Source: an uncultured Armatimonadetes bacterium (GTDB taxonomy: Bacteria; Armatimonadota; UBA5829; DTJY01). From it: a DNA stretch of 64,000 bases. Made by a program: the position numbers and the translations under genes. This document shows, in pieces, positions 18,781 to 29,234 of this stretch. Where the stretch lies: assembly GCA_963717145.1 (NCBI GenBank), contig OY970325.1, positions 3,712,001 through 3,776,000 on the forward strand. Reading direction: 5' to 3'. Below the pieces are notes generated by a model. That model was not told where the DNA came from. It saw only the letters and a list, made by a program, of their open reading frames with translations, and did no database searches. Position 1 is the first letter of the stretch. Each line of letters opens with the position of its first letter.

Positions 18781-20163
18781 TCAGAGTTCGGCAAACACCT
18801 TCCCCGGATTGAGGATGCCTTTGGGGTCGAGGGCCGACTTGATCGCGCGCATCATGCCCATCGTGACCGACCCCATCTCGATCGGCAGGTAGCGCGACTT
18901 CGAGAAGCCGATGCCGTGCTCGCCGGAGACCGTGCCGCCGAGTTCGAGCGCCGCGCAGAAGATCGCATCCACCGCCTTCTCGACCCGCGCCATCTCGGCC
19001 TCATCGCGTTCGTCGGTCAGGATCGTCGGATGGAGGTTTCCATCGCCCGCATGGCCGAATGTGCCGATCAGGAGATGGTACTCCTCGGCGATACGGTTGA
19101 TCTCCCGCACCATATCCGCCAGCTTGCTCCTGGGAACGGTCGCGTCCTCCAGGATCGTCGTCGGCCGGACACGCGCCAATGCTGCGAGAGACGCCCGCCG
19201 TCCTTCCCATATCCGATCGCGCTGGGCTGCGTTCGAGGCGGTCTGGATGTCGGTCGCCTTGTGCCGCTTCAGGACGAGGATGGCGAGGTCCGCCTCCTCC
19301 TCGACCTGCGCCCTCGCGCCATCGACCTCCAGGAGCAGGAGCGCGCCCGCATCGACCGGCAGGCCGAGCTTCTTGTACTCCTCGACTGTGCGAATGGTCA
19401 CGTTGTCCATGATCTCGAGCGTGGCCGGCATGATCCCCGCGCTGATGATGCCCGAGACCGCGCTCGCGGCATCCTCCATCCTATCGAACGAGATCAGCAT
19501 CGAGCGCCTGCTCTTCGGCAGCGGGATGAGCTTGACGACGATCTTCGTGAAGATGCCGAGCGTACCCTCCGAGCCGCATAGCAGGTGAACGAGGTCGTAG
19601 CCCGAGACCGACTTGAGCGTCTGAGCGCCCGCCTTGAACAGCTCCCCGGTGGGGGTGACTCCCTCGATCCGCTTGACGTAGTCGGTCGTGACGCCGTACT
19701 TGATCGCCCGCAGACCGCCCGCGTTCTCGGCGACGTTGCCGCCGATGGTGGAAACCTTCATACTCCCCGGATCGGGCGGGTACATCAGGCCGACCGCCTC
19801 GACCGCCGAATGCAGGTCGGCGGTGATGACGCCGGCCTCGACGGTCGCGAGCAGATTCTCCTTGTCGATGTCGAGGATGCGGTTCATCCGGCCGAGGTCG
19901 ATAACGACCCCGCCTTCGATGGCGACCGATCCGCCGCTCAGACCGGTTCCCGAGCCTCGCGGGACGATCGGCAAGCCATCCTCGTTGGCGAGCCTGACGA
20001 TCGCGGCGACCTGGTCGATATCCGACGGACGAACGACGGCGTCAGGCCGGTGCTCGACGTGCTGGGCGTCGTATCCGTAGCAGATCAGGTCCTCCGTCGC
20101 CGTGAGGACGTTCTGCCTGCCCGCGATCCCTTCGAGTCTGGTGCGAATGGTCTCGTTCCCCAT
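18781..20163 (-). CDS. glcD: GlcD-like FAD-linked oxidase (glycolate/D-lactate dehydrogenase)
   Basis: PRGSGTGLSGG, YPPDPGS, GSEGTLG, GHAGDGNLH and GEHGIG motifs. Confidence 0.92.
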   Translation of the reverse strand: MGNETIRTRLEGIAGRQNVLTATEDLICYGYDAQHVEHRPDAVVRPSDIDQVAAIVRLANEDGLPIVPRGSGTGLSGGSVAIEGGVVIDLGRMNRILDIDKENLLATVEAGVITADLHSAVEAVGLMYPPDPGSMKVSTIGGNVAENAGGLRAIKYGVTTDYVKRIEGVTPTGELFKAGAQTLKSVSGYDLVHLLCGSEGTLGIFTKIVVKLIPLPKSRRSMLISFDRMEDAASAVSGIISAGIMPATLEIMDNVTIRTVEEYKKLGLPVDAGALLLLEVDGARAQVEEEADLAILVLKRHKATDIQTASNAAQRDRIWEGRRASLAALARVRPTTILEDATVPRSKLADMVREINRIAEEYHLLIGTFGHAGDGNLHPTILTDERDEAEMARVEKAVDAIFCAALELGGTVSGEHGIGFSKSRYLPIEMGSVTMGMMRAIKSALDPKGILNPGKVFAEL

Positions 20164-20414
20164 TCCATCTCCCCTACCGTTATTCTGAGCCGCCTGGATG
20201 CGGAGTCTCGCCTGGATGCTGAACCAAGTTCAGCATCCAGGCGGCTCAGCATGACAGATCATTGTGTGGGCAGGAGACAGGCTCCCGCCCGTAGAAGCTA
20301 TTGGTGCCTCATGGTATCAGGTCTCAGGGCCGGCGTCAACGAAAACTCAGCCTTGGAACTGGTTCCGGCGGGTAGAAACATCCTGCATATCGAAGTGATC
20401 ACGCATCGAGGAGG

Positions 20415-20780
20415 ATGACAGAAATGGAACAGCCCGTACAACCGACTCCGGAAGAGAAAGACGTGCGCGATGCCCGTACCTGGGCGGCGCTCGCGCATAT
20501 CGGCGGCTTGGTCACGTCGTTCATCGGCCCCCTGATCATCTGGGCGGTCTACAAGGACCGGTACGCGTTCGTCAGCGATCAGGCGAAGGAGGCGATGAAC
20601 TTCCAGATCAGCATCATGATCTACTTGATCGCCTCGTCCATACTCGCCATTCTCCTTGTAGGAGTAATCGGCTGGGTGATCATCCCGATCCTGGACTTCA
20701 TCTTCGTGATCATGGCGGCGGTCAATGCCAGCAATGGAACGGCCTATCGCTACCCGATCACAATCCGCCTGATACAGTAA
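20415..20780 (+). CDS. DUF4870 membrane protein
   Basis: GPLIIW, QAKEAMNFQI and YRYP motifs. Confidence 0.85.
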   Translation: MTEMEQPVQPTPEEKDVRDARTWAALAHIGGLVTSFIGPLIIWAVYKDRYAFVSDQAKEAMNFQISIMIYLIASSILAILLVGVIGWVIIPILDFIFVIMAAVNASNGTAYRYPITIRLIQ

Positions 20781-20969
20781 GGCAGACCACCGAGGGCTGT
20801 CATTCTGAGCATATTACTGGACACCGTCAGTCCTGAGTGCGCCGGTGAATGACGGCGTGTATCGAAGGACGGCCTTGCTGCAGGGAACCGTCCTTCGTTA
20901 CACGCCGTCATTCACCGGCGCACTCAGGACTGACGGTAGTTACGTGGCAGACTCATCCTGGAGGCACGC

Positions 20970-22541
20970 ATGACTTCCATCACTTGCTACGACGGCGTCG
21001 GATGCATCGGCGGCAACAAGATCCTGCTGGAGGACGGCGGGGTCAAGCTCTGGCTCGACTTCGGGCTGAACTTCAGCACGATGGGCCGATTCTATGAGGA
21101 GTTCGTGAAGCCCAGAGCGTGCCTCGGGCTCTACGAGCCGATCCAGATGGGACTGCTCCCTCCGATCCTCGACCTCTACCGCGCGGATCAACTCTGCGGG
21201 TTGGCGAATCCCTGGCACGGCATGCCCGGCCGCAAGCTTGGTGAGGTCGCCGGGATACTGCTGTCCCACGCGCACATGGACCACGTCGGCGCGCTGCACT
21301 ACGTCCGGGAGGACATCCCGATCTACGCCTCCGCCGTGACGCTGGCGATGATGAAAGCCACTCAGGATACCGGCGCGAGCGGGACCGATCATTACTGCTA
21401 CACGACGCCCTACGAAGAGTGCGAGACCGGCGAATTGAAGTCGGCATATTATGGCAAGAACCCGTCCGTGTCGCGCCAGTTCGTCTTTGTGGACGAGACG
21501 CCGAGCGACCCGTTCAACGAGTTCTGGAATGCGACTCCCAGCAGCATGACCGAGAGGGGCCGCAGGCATGAGGCGCTCCCGATCGCCTGTTCATCGTACA
21601 TCGGCGGGCTGAACCTCCGACGCTGGCCGGTCGATCATTCGGTCTACGGCGCGTGTGCCTGGGCGATCGAGACGACCGCGGGATGGGTCGTCTACAGCGG
21701 CGACATCCGATGTCACGGGGGCAATGCAGACCTGACCTGGAAGTTCGCCCAGGAAGCCGCCGAACTGAAGCCGATCGCGCTCATCATCGAAGGGACAAGG
21801 ATCGAATCCGACAGCACATCCACGGAGGAGGAGGTCCGCGACCGCGCGCTCGAGGTCGTCAGGGGCGCGCAAGGTCTCGTGGTCGCCGACTTCGGCCCTC
21901 GGAACGTCGAGCGCCTCGCGTCGTTCCTCGAGATCGCCAGGGAGACCGGACGCAAGCTCGTCCTGCTGCCGAAGGACGTGTATCTCTTGGAGAAGATGGC
22001 GCTCGCGGGCGGTGATGTGCCGTCGCTCGACGATCCCGCGATCCTCGTGTATTCGAAGTACGAGGCGTCGGACAAGAACTGGAAGAAGATGCTCAGGGGC
22101 GCATACGAGTCCCGTATGGTCACCGCGGCTCAGGTGTCGGGCAGCCAGGACAAGCTCATCTGCTGCTTCAGCTTCTTCGACGTGAACGAACTCGCGTACA
22201 TTCGCCCCGTGCCCGGCTCGATCTGGCTGTTCTCCTCATGCGAGGCGTTCAGCGAGGAAATGGCCATAGATTTCGAGCGCCTGGGCCACTGGATCGAGAA
22301 GTACGAGATGGCATTCCCAGGCGATCCGCGCCCGAAGCAGATCGGCGGCAAGCTCGTGGTCGAGAAGAACCCATTCCACGTCTCGGGCCACGCCTGCCGG
22401 GAGGATCTGCTCAAAGTGATCGAGATCATCGGCGCGCAGGTGGTCATCCCCATCCACACGGACAAGCCGGACGAGTACGCCAAAGCGCTCTCAGGCCGCA
22501 AGTTCATCCTCCCTGAGCGCGGCATCCCGATCGAACTGTAG
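20970..22541 (+). CDS. Metallo-beta-lactamase / beta-CASP RNase J-like hydrolase
   Basis: IGGNKI, SHAHMDH, VDHS, YSGD, HVSGH and PIH motifs. Confidence 0.88.
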   Translation: MTSITCYDGVGCIGGNKILLEDGGVKLWLDFGLNFSTMGRFYEEFVKPRACLGLYEPIQMGLLPPILDLYRADQLCGLANPWHGMPGRKLGEVAGILLSHAHMDHVGALHYVREDIPIYASAVTLAMMKATQDTGASGTDHYCYTTPYEECETGELKSAYYGKNPSVSRQFVFVDETPSDPFNEFWNATPSSMTERGRRHEALPIACSSYIGGLNLRRWPVDHSVYGACAWAIETTAGWVVYSGDIRCHGGNADLTWKFAQEAAELKPIALIIEGTRIESDSTSTEEEVRDRALEVVRGAQGLVVADFGPRNVERLASFLEIARETGRKLVLLPKDVYLLEKMALAGGDVPSLDDPAILVYSKYEASDKNWKKMLRGAYESRMVTAAQVSGSQDKLICCFSFFDVNELAYIRPVPGSIWLFSSCEAFSEEMAIDFERLGHWIEKYEMAFPGDPRPKQIGGKLVVEKNPFHVSGHACREDLLKVIEIIGAQVVIPIHTDKPDEYAKALSGRKFILPERGIPIEL

Positions 22542-22653
22542 GGGCGAAGGAAAGGGCGGGAGCAGAGGCTCCCGCCCGGTGGAAGGGAGGATTCAGTATC
22601 CTATGAAGCACACTCTGTATTACGCATCGGCGCCCGGATTTGTTACCGGGAAA

Positions 22654-23316
22654 TCAGTATCGGATCGCGAGAATCTTGTACGCGGCGAGGATGCTGAATG
22701 AGTCGAACTTGAATCCGGCGAACCTGTCCATGATCTCGTACCGGCCCTCGATTGAGAGTCGCTGGTCGTATATCAGTCCCAGGCAGACATTCGCGGTGAA
22801 TCCCCATCCGCTGTCACTGACACCCACACTCGGAGCTTCCACCCTGCCGAAGAATGCGCCGGCGTTGATCGACGCATAGGTCTGCATCTTGGTCTCCTGC
22901 CCGAACCCCTGAAGTACTCCGATGGTCAGCGGTACCAGTACCGCCTGATCGTCGTTCTTCCAGAGCGAATAGAAACTCACATCGTAGTTGAATCTCAGCC
23001 GCCTCGGGGTTTCCCTGAGTATCGGTTGGAGGCCGACCCGGAGCTTGGTGCCGCCGAATACGTCCGTCACGTCTGAGTTGATCGGCGTGTATGAGCCGAC
23101 TCCGAGCCCAAAGAGGTGAGGTTGTCGGCGGGGCTGCTCCTCGGAGAGAGTCAACTCGGCCGTGACCGCAGCGGGATCGGCGACCTGGACGGCATCTGCT
23201 GACGGCGGTGGAACAACGAGAATGGGACCGGTATCAGTTGCTGTTGTCGCGGAGAAGGCGGCTCCCGCTGCCAACACGGCGATCAGCAGTACCAGGACGA
23301 ATTGCGGCTTTATCAT
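22654..23316 (-). CDS. Exported protein, probable outer-membrane beta-barrel
   Basis: Signal peptide, alternating beta-strand pattern, aromatic C-terminus. Confidence 0.5.
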   Translation of the reverse strand: MIKPQFVLVLLIAVLAAGAAFSATTATDTGPILVVPPPSADAVQVADPAAVTAELTLSEEQPRRQPHLFGLGVGSYTPINSDVTDVFGGTKLRVGLQPILRETPRRLRFNYDVSFYSLWKNDDQAVLVPLTIGVLQGFGQETKMQTYASINAGAFFGRVEAPSVGVSDSGWGFTANVCLGLIYDQRLSIEGRYEIMDRFAGFKFDSFSILAAYKILAIRY

Positions 23317-23464
23317 CGAACGACCTCCCAGATATGCGCTAACCATGCACACAGTTTACCTGCTGCACTCCCAAAGATCAAGCACAAGGGATGACAGCGC
23401 TATCTTGCTAATAAAAGAATCGGTTGTACGGACTGCGGACTTTAGCGGGTGTCGGTCTGCAATC

Positions 23465-23920
23465 TCAGTCCGACTTCTTGCCTGTCATGCCGGTGATGCC
23501 CACCCGGATGACGGTGGTCTTGCTCAGCATCTCCTCCGAGTAGCCGCCGGACTCTCCGCCATAGTGGAGCACGAGGGCGTCGAGTCCTCGGAGCACTTCA
23601 TCTCGGTTCTCGACGATGCTCGCCATCCCGAAGGCTATCACACTGCGGTACTTAGTGCCGAAGTTGCAGCCCTTATCGCCCGGAACGGTCTCCATGTCGA
23701 TGTCGAACTCGGCGCAGACATTGGGGTTCCTCCGGATGATGTCGAGCTTCCTGCCCTCGGTCGCACAGTGGAAGTAGAGCCGGTCGCCGTCAAGGCCGAA
23801 CGACATCGGCACGATGTACGGCATATCGCCGTCGCACATGCCAAGCCGGCACACGTCCGACCGCCGGATGATCTCCAGTATCTCATTCCGATCGGTGATC
23901 TCTTTGTCTTTGCGTCTCAT
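23465..23920 (-). CDS. Pyridoxamine 5'-phosphate oxidase / NimA-like flavin-binding protein
   Basis: MRRKDKEI, PYIVPM, YFHCA.EGRK and YRSVIAFG motifs. Confidence 0.88.
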   Translation of the reverse strand: MRRKDKEITDRNEILEIIRRSDVCRLGMCDGDMPYIVPMSFGLDGDRLYFHCATEGRKLDIIRRNPNVCAEFDIDMETVPGDKGCNFGTKYRSVIAFGMASIVENRDEVLRGLDALVLHYGGESGGYSEEMLSKTTVIRVGITGMTGKKSD

Positions 23921-23929
23921 ATTCGCCCG

Positions 23930-25021
23930 TCACACCGTCGTCTGAAGCCGGCTCTCCCGCTCATGGCGTTCGAGCGCCAGATCGATCAACCGCTCGACCA
24001 GTTCGCCGTATGGTATCCCGCTGGCCTCCCAGAGCTTCGGGTACATGCTGATCTTCGTGAAGCCGGGGATCGTGTTGATCTCGTTGACGAGAGCCTCGCC
24101 GTTCGGTCTGAGGAAGAAATCAACCCGCGCCATGCCCTCGCAGCACAATACCTTGAAGGTCTCGACCGCCAGCGCCTTGATCCGGTCCGCCGTCGCCTGA
24201 TCGAGTTCCGCCGGGATCATCAGCCGCGCGCCCTCCGCGTCGATGTACTTCGCGTTGTAATCGTAGAACTCGTGGGTCGGTATGATCTCGCCCGGCACTG
24301 AGGCGATCGGAGCTTCGTTCCCGAGTACCGCGCACTCGATCTCGCGGCCCTGAATGAACTCTTCGATCAGCACCTTGGTGTCATATCGGAACGCATCGGC
24401 AAGCTTCGGCCCGAACTGCGACTCATCGGCAACCTTGTGGACTCCGACCGACGACCCCGCGTTTGCAGGCTTGATGAAGAGCGGCGCGCCGACTCCCGCC
24501 ACTGCCTCCGAGTAGGCGATCCTGTCACCGGCGCGGACGGTGATCGCCTTCGCGACCGGGAGTCCGGCTTCGCGCAGGAGTCGCTTGGTGACGTCCTTGT
24601 CCATGCCGACCGACGAGCCGAGGACACCCGCGCCGACGAAGGGGATGTTCGCCATCTTGAGCAGCCCTTGGATCGTGCCGTCCTCGCCGTAGGTGCCGTG
24701 GAGAACCGGGAACACGACATCGACCGGCGCGTCGTGGCCGCAGTCGGGGAGGTTCACCAGGGTGCTCTTCTCCTCGCCGGGAACGAGGGCGAGGGAAGTC
24801 TCGGACGCGGAGAGGCTGATCTGCGCGGGGTCGTCGGCATGCTGAAGGTAGCGGTCGGGCTGAAACTGATGCCACCTGCCCGCCTTGTCGATGCCGATCA
24901 GCACGACCTCGAAGCGCTCAGGATTCAGTGCGGACACCACATTTCTCGCCGACTGAAGCGACACCTCGTGCTCCGCCGACCTCCCTCCGAATATCACCCC
25001 GACGCGTGTCTTCCCGCTCAT
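23930..25021 (-). CDS. ddl: D-alanine--D-alanine ligase
   Basis: GGRSAEHEVS, LHGTYGEDG, GSSVG, FYDYNAKY and NEINTIPGFT motifs. Confidence 0.96.
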   Translation of the reverse strand: MSGKTRVGVIFGGRSAEHEVSLQSARNVVSALNPERFEVVLIGIDKAGRWHQFQPDRYLQHADDPAQISLSASETSLALVPGEEKSTLVNLPDCGHDAPVDVVFPVLHGTYGEDGTIQGLLKMANIPFVGAGVLGSSVGMDKDVTKRLLREAGLPVAKAITVRAGDRIAYSEAVAGVGAPLFIKPANAGSSVGVHKVADESQFGPKLADAFRYDTKVLIEEFIQGREIECAVLGNEAPIASVPGEIIPTHEFYDYNAKYIDAEGARLMIPAELDQATADRIKALAVETFKVLCCEGMARVDFFLRPNGEALVNEINTIPGFTKISMYPKLWEASGIPYGELVERLIDLALERHERESRLQTTV

Positions 25022-25764
25022 GTCCCGCCCTCCATATGTGTTGCGGCCACCTGCCGCAGGATTTTCTGCTTTGTCTTGGTAGATGCAATGTCCAGCGCCG
25101 TCTTGCCCTCGCTGTTCCTGATGCCGGTGTCCGCTCCTCGCGAAAGCAGGAGCTTCAGCATGTGGCCGTACGGGTCCTCAGGGTTCCCTGCCGCGAGGTG
25201 GAGGGCTGTACAGCCCTCGTTGTCCTGCGCGTCGACATCAGCACCGTGATCGAGCAATACCTCCGCTGCCCGGATCGTGTCGATTGTGATCTCACGATCG
25301 CTGGAGTACCAGGACGCGGCTCTGTGAAGCGGTGTCTCGCCACGGTTGTCCTTGCCGCGGACATCACCACTCCGTGCGATCAAGAGTTCGACGAGTCCCG
25401 CGCGACCAGTCTGAGCGGCCTCATGCAAGGGCGTCATGCCTGCGCTATCCGTGATACTCAGGTCCGCGCCTTGATCGAGCAGGAGCCGGGCCATGTTCGT
25501 GTGGCCGAAGAACGCCGCGTGGTGCAGAGCGGTGTTCAGACACTCGCTTCGGCTGTTGACGTCGGCCCCGTGCTCAAGCAGGTACTTGGCAACCTTTATG
25601 CGGTTTCCGCTCGCAGCCGCATCCAGAGGCGAAAAGCCGTTGCTCTCTCTGGCATTGATGAGTTCCGGATCATCGTCGAGAAGCCGTATGACCTCAGCAA
25701 GCCTGCCTCTCACCGCCGCTTTGTGTAGCGCTGTTCCCCACAGTCCCATCGTGCTACGAGCCAT
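25018..25764 (-). CDS. Ankyrin repeat protein
   Basis: About six TPLH/TALH...GADV repeats. Confidence 0.92.
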   Translation of the reverse strand: MARSTMGLWGTALHKAAVRGRLAEVIRLLDDDPELINARESNGFSPLDAAASGNRIKVAKYLLEHGADVNSRSECLNTALHHAAFFGHTNMARLLLDQGADLSITDSAGMTPLHEAAQTGRAGLVELLIARSGDVRGKDNRGETPLHRAASWYSSDREITIDTIRAAEVLLDHGADVDAQDNEGCTALHLAAGNPEDPYGHMLKLLLSRGADTGIRNSEGKTALDIASTKTKQKILRQVAATHMEGGT

Positions 25765-26119
25765 CCCTTATGTCATCTAGGTCGGAGACTGAATCAGGCA
25801 AGGGCTTTCCTCCATGAGTCTCCAGGACCTTCCGGTGAAATTCCTTGAGGTTGTCTAGTGTGTCCCTCAGCACTCTCCTGCGCGCATCCGCGGACGTGGT
25901 CCAGCAAACGGCGACTCCCTCGCGAACAAGTTCGGCGGCGTACTCAAGAGCTTGCTTGATATCCTCGGGCTCAAGCTCCGGGTAGTCTTCGATGATCTCG
26001 GCAGGCGACTTCCCGACCGCAACCAGATCAACTATCAGATGAACCGGTATGCGCAGGCCGCGGATACAGGCCTTCCCAAAGCAGATGTTCGGATCAGCAG
26101 TGATTCGCTCCAGTTCCAT
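25754..26119 (-). CDS. DUF433 domain protein with C-terminal extension
   Basis: RITADPNICFGKACIRGLRIPV and EDYPELEPEDIKQALEYAA motifs. Confidence 0.85.
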   Translation of the reverse strand: MELERITADPNICFGKACIRGLRIPVHLIVDLVAVGKSPAEIIEDYPELEPEDIKQALEYAAELVREGVAVCWTTSADARRRVLRDTLDNLKEFHRKVLETHGGKPLPDSVSDLDDIRDGS

Positions 26120-26307
26120 GGCTTTCACCTCGCGCATTATACCACGTGGTTCAAAGATCTGGTTAGTTCAGGCACAAGTGGTTGCCGATGGAACTGGAAT
26201 GCACAGATCGTGCGTCGAACAATACAGGGCATCACTTTTCCGAACCGAATCCGCCGGAACGCACTACACACCTAATGAGAGCGCGAAATCCGGACTCGAG
26301 GATCCAG

Positions 26308-26892
26308 ATGACGGACATCGACAAGCGCACGATAGCGGGTCTCCTTCGAGGCGATGATGCCGCCTACGTGGCGGTCATCAACGCCATGAAGCATCCCGTC
26401 CACAGGTTCGCCCTGCGGCTTTGCCGGGACTCAGCCACGGCCGAGGACATCACGCAGCAAACCTTCCTCGCGGTGTGGCAGAGCATCGGATCGTTTCGAT
26501 GGCGGTCGAAGTTCTCGACCTGGGTCTTCGGCATCGCATATCGCCAATACCTGCTGCTGAGGCGACAGGGCGAGCATGCGGTCGAGACCGTCCCGCTGGA
26601 GGAATGGCACGAGACGGATGACTCACCCGACATCGGCTCGGTGCTGGTTGCCGAAGACGAGCGGGCGAGAATCCGGAGAGCGGTGTATGCCCTGCCGGAC
26701 CCGTACCGAGAGGTCGTATGCCTCGTCTATCTGGAGGGTTTCACATGCCGTGAAGCCGCCGAGGTGCTCGATGTCCCCATCGGGACCGTCAAGTCACGGA
26801 TCAACGGCGCGCTGAAAATCCTGCGCGAAAGGCTCGGGGAAAGTGAGGATCTGGCTGATGAAAAGCGACAGCCCGAGAGTTCACAGGCATAA
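26308..26892 (+). CDS. ECF RNA polymerase sigma factor
   Basis: AEDITQQTF, FSTW and EAAEVLDVPIGTVKSRI motifs. Confidence 0.92.
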   Translation: MTDIDKRTIAGLLRGDDAAYVAVINAMKHPVHRFALRLCRDSATAEDITQQTFLAVWQSIGSFRWRSKFSTWVFGIAYRQYLLLRRQGEHAVETVPLEEWHETDDSPDIGSVLVAEDERARIRRAVYALPDPYREVVCLVYLEGFTCREAAEVLDVPIGTVKSRINGALKILRERLGESEDLADEKRQPESSQA

Positions 26893-27739
26893 CCGCCTGA
26901 CAGCATTCATCCACAGGATTCTGTGTGTCACTTGCAGGCGCAGCACGAAGGAATGGACTCGTCTTAGCCGTGGAATCGAGCGGCTTGAAGACGAGCAGTT
27001 CCCGCCGTCGCTCGATGAGAAGCTGCTCGCCGATGCGATGACGGCATCAGCGAGAGCCCGCCAGACCTCGCCGATCCGATCCCGCGCATCGGAGGTATTC
27101 ACTATGAGAAGAGTGACATACGCGGCGGGATTCGTCGTGATCCTGCTGCTCGTCGGAGCGTTCCTGTTTCCGCGGATGAGGGGGAATGCCGCTATCGCAG
27201 ACGCCATGCAGGCGATGGCAAGCGTCAAGACCTGCCACTTCACCGGCTCGATGCTGAGCGAGAATGGCAACAGAATGGAGATCGAGGGATGGTTCAGAGC
27301 CCCTGACCGGTTGCATGTACATAACGGGGATTCGCACGAGTCCTATCTCCTTGACGGCAAAGAGATCATCATCGAGCGGGACAAGGTGACGATCAGCAGG
27401 AACGACACGGACGTCCAGTCGATATTCGTCGGCGGACTCTTCAGAAGGGCGATGTCGCTGTATCAGTACTTCGACAAGGTGGACGTGAAGCAGGATGTGC
27501 TGCCCAACGGCCACGAAGCCCTGGTGATAGCAGCGCATGAGAAGCAGCGTTACTACGAGGGAACGGCCGTCTTCACCATCGACAGGGCCACCGATCTGAT
27601 GGTCAGCATGCGGGAATACAACAAGCAGGGCCAGCTCACCAATGAGATCGACAACTTCGAATACGACGTGCCGATCCCCGACTCGGCCTTCAAGGTCGAG
27701 ATCCCCGATTCCCTGCCCGTGACCGACAACACGAAATAG
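26858..27739 (+). CDS. Putative zinc-finger anti-sigma factor with TM helix and LolA-like periplasmic domain
   Basis: HxxxCxxC (HRILCVTC), one TM helix, C-terminal PDSAF; overlaps the sigma gene. Confidence 0.7.
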   Translation: MKSDSPRVHRHNRLTAFIHRILCVTCRRSTKEWTRLSRGIERLEDEQFPPSLDEKLLADAMTASARARQTSPIRSRASEVFTMRRVTYAAGFVVILLLVGAFLFPRMRGNAAIADAMQAMASVKTCHFTGSMLSENGNRMEIEGWFRAPDRLHVHNGDSHESYLLDGKEIIIERDKVTISRNDTDVQSIFVGGLFRRAMSLYQYFDKVDVKQDVLPNGHEALVIAAHEKQRYYEGTAVFTIDRATDLMVSMREYNKQGQLTNEIDNFEYDVPIPDSAFKVEIPDSLPVTDNTK

Positions 27740-27898
27740 CCACCAACGGGGGCCTTCCCGGCCCCCATCACCCCAACACTCCAGTACTCCAATACTCCAT
27801 TACCCCACCTCTCCAGCACTCCGTGCTATAATCCCATCGAACCGTTTGCCCCTGAAACCTGACATACATAGTGAAAGCGCAATTCGCGGAGTGACTGA

Positions 27899-28054
27899 GT
27901 GGCAGAAATCGGTCCGTCGACAATCGAGGCTCTTCGCAGAGGCGACGAGCAGGCATACGCTGCAGTCATCGAGGAGCTGATCGCTCCCGTGTACAGATTC
28001 CTTCTGCGCCTGTCCGGCGACTCCGGAACGGCGGAGGACCTGGCAGAGAGATGA
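27899..28054 (+). pseudogene. Truncated second ECF sigma factor (region 2 only)
   Basis: VAEIGPSTIEALRRGDEQAYAAVIEELIAPVYRFLLRLSGDSGTAEDLAER* aligns by eye with the N-terminus of the sigma at 26308. Confidence 0.8.
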
Positions 28055-28089
28055 AGCCGGAGGCTACCCGGCCTCCGGCTCTTTCTCGG

Positions 28090-29214
28090 CTATTGCAGCC
28101 ATGCAATTCTGGCCACCGGGTCCCACTTCACTGTTGCTCCAAAGTACTCGGCCACAGCTCGGACCGGTATCACGAGGTCGTCGCCCTGCTTCTTGGGGAC
28201 TGTGGGGAGACCGAGTGTCTTGCCATTGGCAACGGCATTGCGCGCGCCCGGCAGCAGAACTACCGACTTGGCGCCGGCTCCGCGAGCGGAAAGCGTGACT
28301 GAGCCGCGGGCATTGTCCTTGTGCACATTGAGCTTGAGCAGCCGTCCGATCTCACTCGCCGGTGCGGTCAGCACGTCACCATCGAGACTGCTTCCATCGG
28401 GCAGAGATGGACCGTCATCCGATACGATCATCGGCGGCCAGTCTCGTTGGCCCGAATGAGCAATCTCTTTCAGGCATACGTCGATCATCTGGTGTGGAGT
28501 CTCGGTTACTTCAGGGTGCTTCCTTCGGAGGAAGTCCACCCCCAGCGTAAGTCCCTGCAATGCCTGCCCATAGCTGTCTGTACGCCAGTACAACATACCA
28601 AGCTCATTTGCGGCACCCAGAACGATCCGTTCCTCGGGGAAACTGGCCTCCAGGCCCATATCAAAGGCAGCCACCCTCTCTGCTATGTGTATGGCCAAGA
28701 CATGGCTATCCGAGGTACCGAGTCTGTCAGCGTAGTAGGCCTGGCGCAACAGAATCTTCGCTTCATCGACCGTCTGGATCTGGCTGTCGCCAGGACTACG
28801 CTGACTCTCGTTTGCCAGCTTTCTGCGGCACTCTGCGATGGCGCTCGTGAGGTCAGACTTGGCCTCATTCGGGTGCTTCTTTCTGAACAGGCTTTCCCCC
28901 AAAGTGAACGCCTCCAATGCCTTCGCGTAGTCCCTTGCGTCCCAGTAGGCCCAACCGAGGCGCGACATGGCGAACATATGCACGCTAGTGTCTCGATAGT
29001 GTGCCTCGAAGCTGGGATCGAACTCCACCACTTTCTTCATAAGCGCGATAGCTTGATCGAGGTGAGGCGTGACCGTGTATTGCAGATGATATGCCTCAAG
29101 CAGGCAGGCTTTGGCCTCATCGGGATTCGCTATCTTGTCTGGAACGGCAGCCTGTGCAAACAGGCCCGAACCCGCGAGCAGAAGAATGGCTATGGCAATA
29201 ATGATCCTGGTCAT
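28090..29214 (-). CDS. Exported TPR-like protein with C-terminal copper amine oxidase N-terminal domain
   Basis: Signal peptide, two internally repeated helical units, IPVRAVAEYFGATVKWD. Confidence 0.75.
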   Translation of the reverse strand: MTRIIIAIAILLLAGSGLFAQAAVPDKIANPDEAKACLLEAYHLQYTVTPHLDQAIALMKKVVEFDPSFEAHYRDTSVHMFAMSRLGWAYWDARDYAKALEAFTLGESLFRKKHPNEAKSDLTSAIAECRRKLANESQRSPGDSQIQTVDEAKILLRQAYYADRLGTSDSHVLAIHIAERVAAFDMGLEASFPEERIVLGAANELGMLYWRTDSYGQALQGLTLGVDFLRRKHPEVTETPHQMIDVCLKEIAHSGQRDWPPMIVSDDGPSLPDGSSLDGDVLTAPASEIGRLLKLNVHKDNARGSVTLSARGAGAKSVVLLPGARNAVANGKTLGLPTVPKKQGDDLVIPVRAVAEYFGATVKWDPVARIAWLQ

Positions 29215-29234
29215 CTCAGTTCTCCGTTCATGGC

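Noticed and set aside
23930-25021. Vancomycin-resistance D-Ala-D-Lac ligase
   Set aside because: The omega loop FYDYNAKY is the D-Ala-D-Ala type, and no vanH/vanX genes are nearby.
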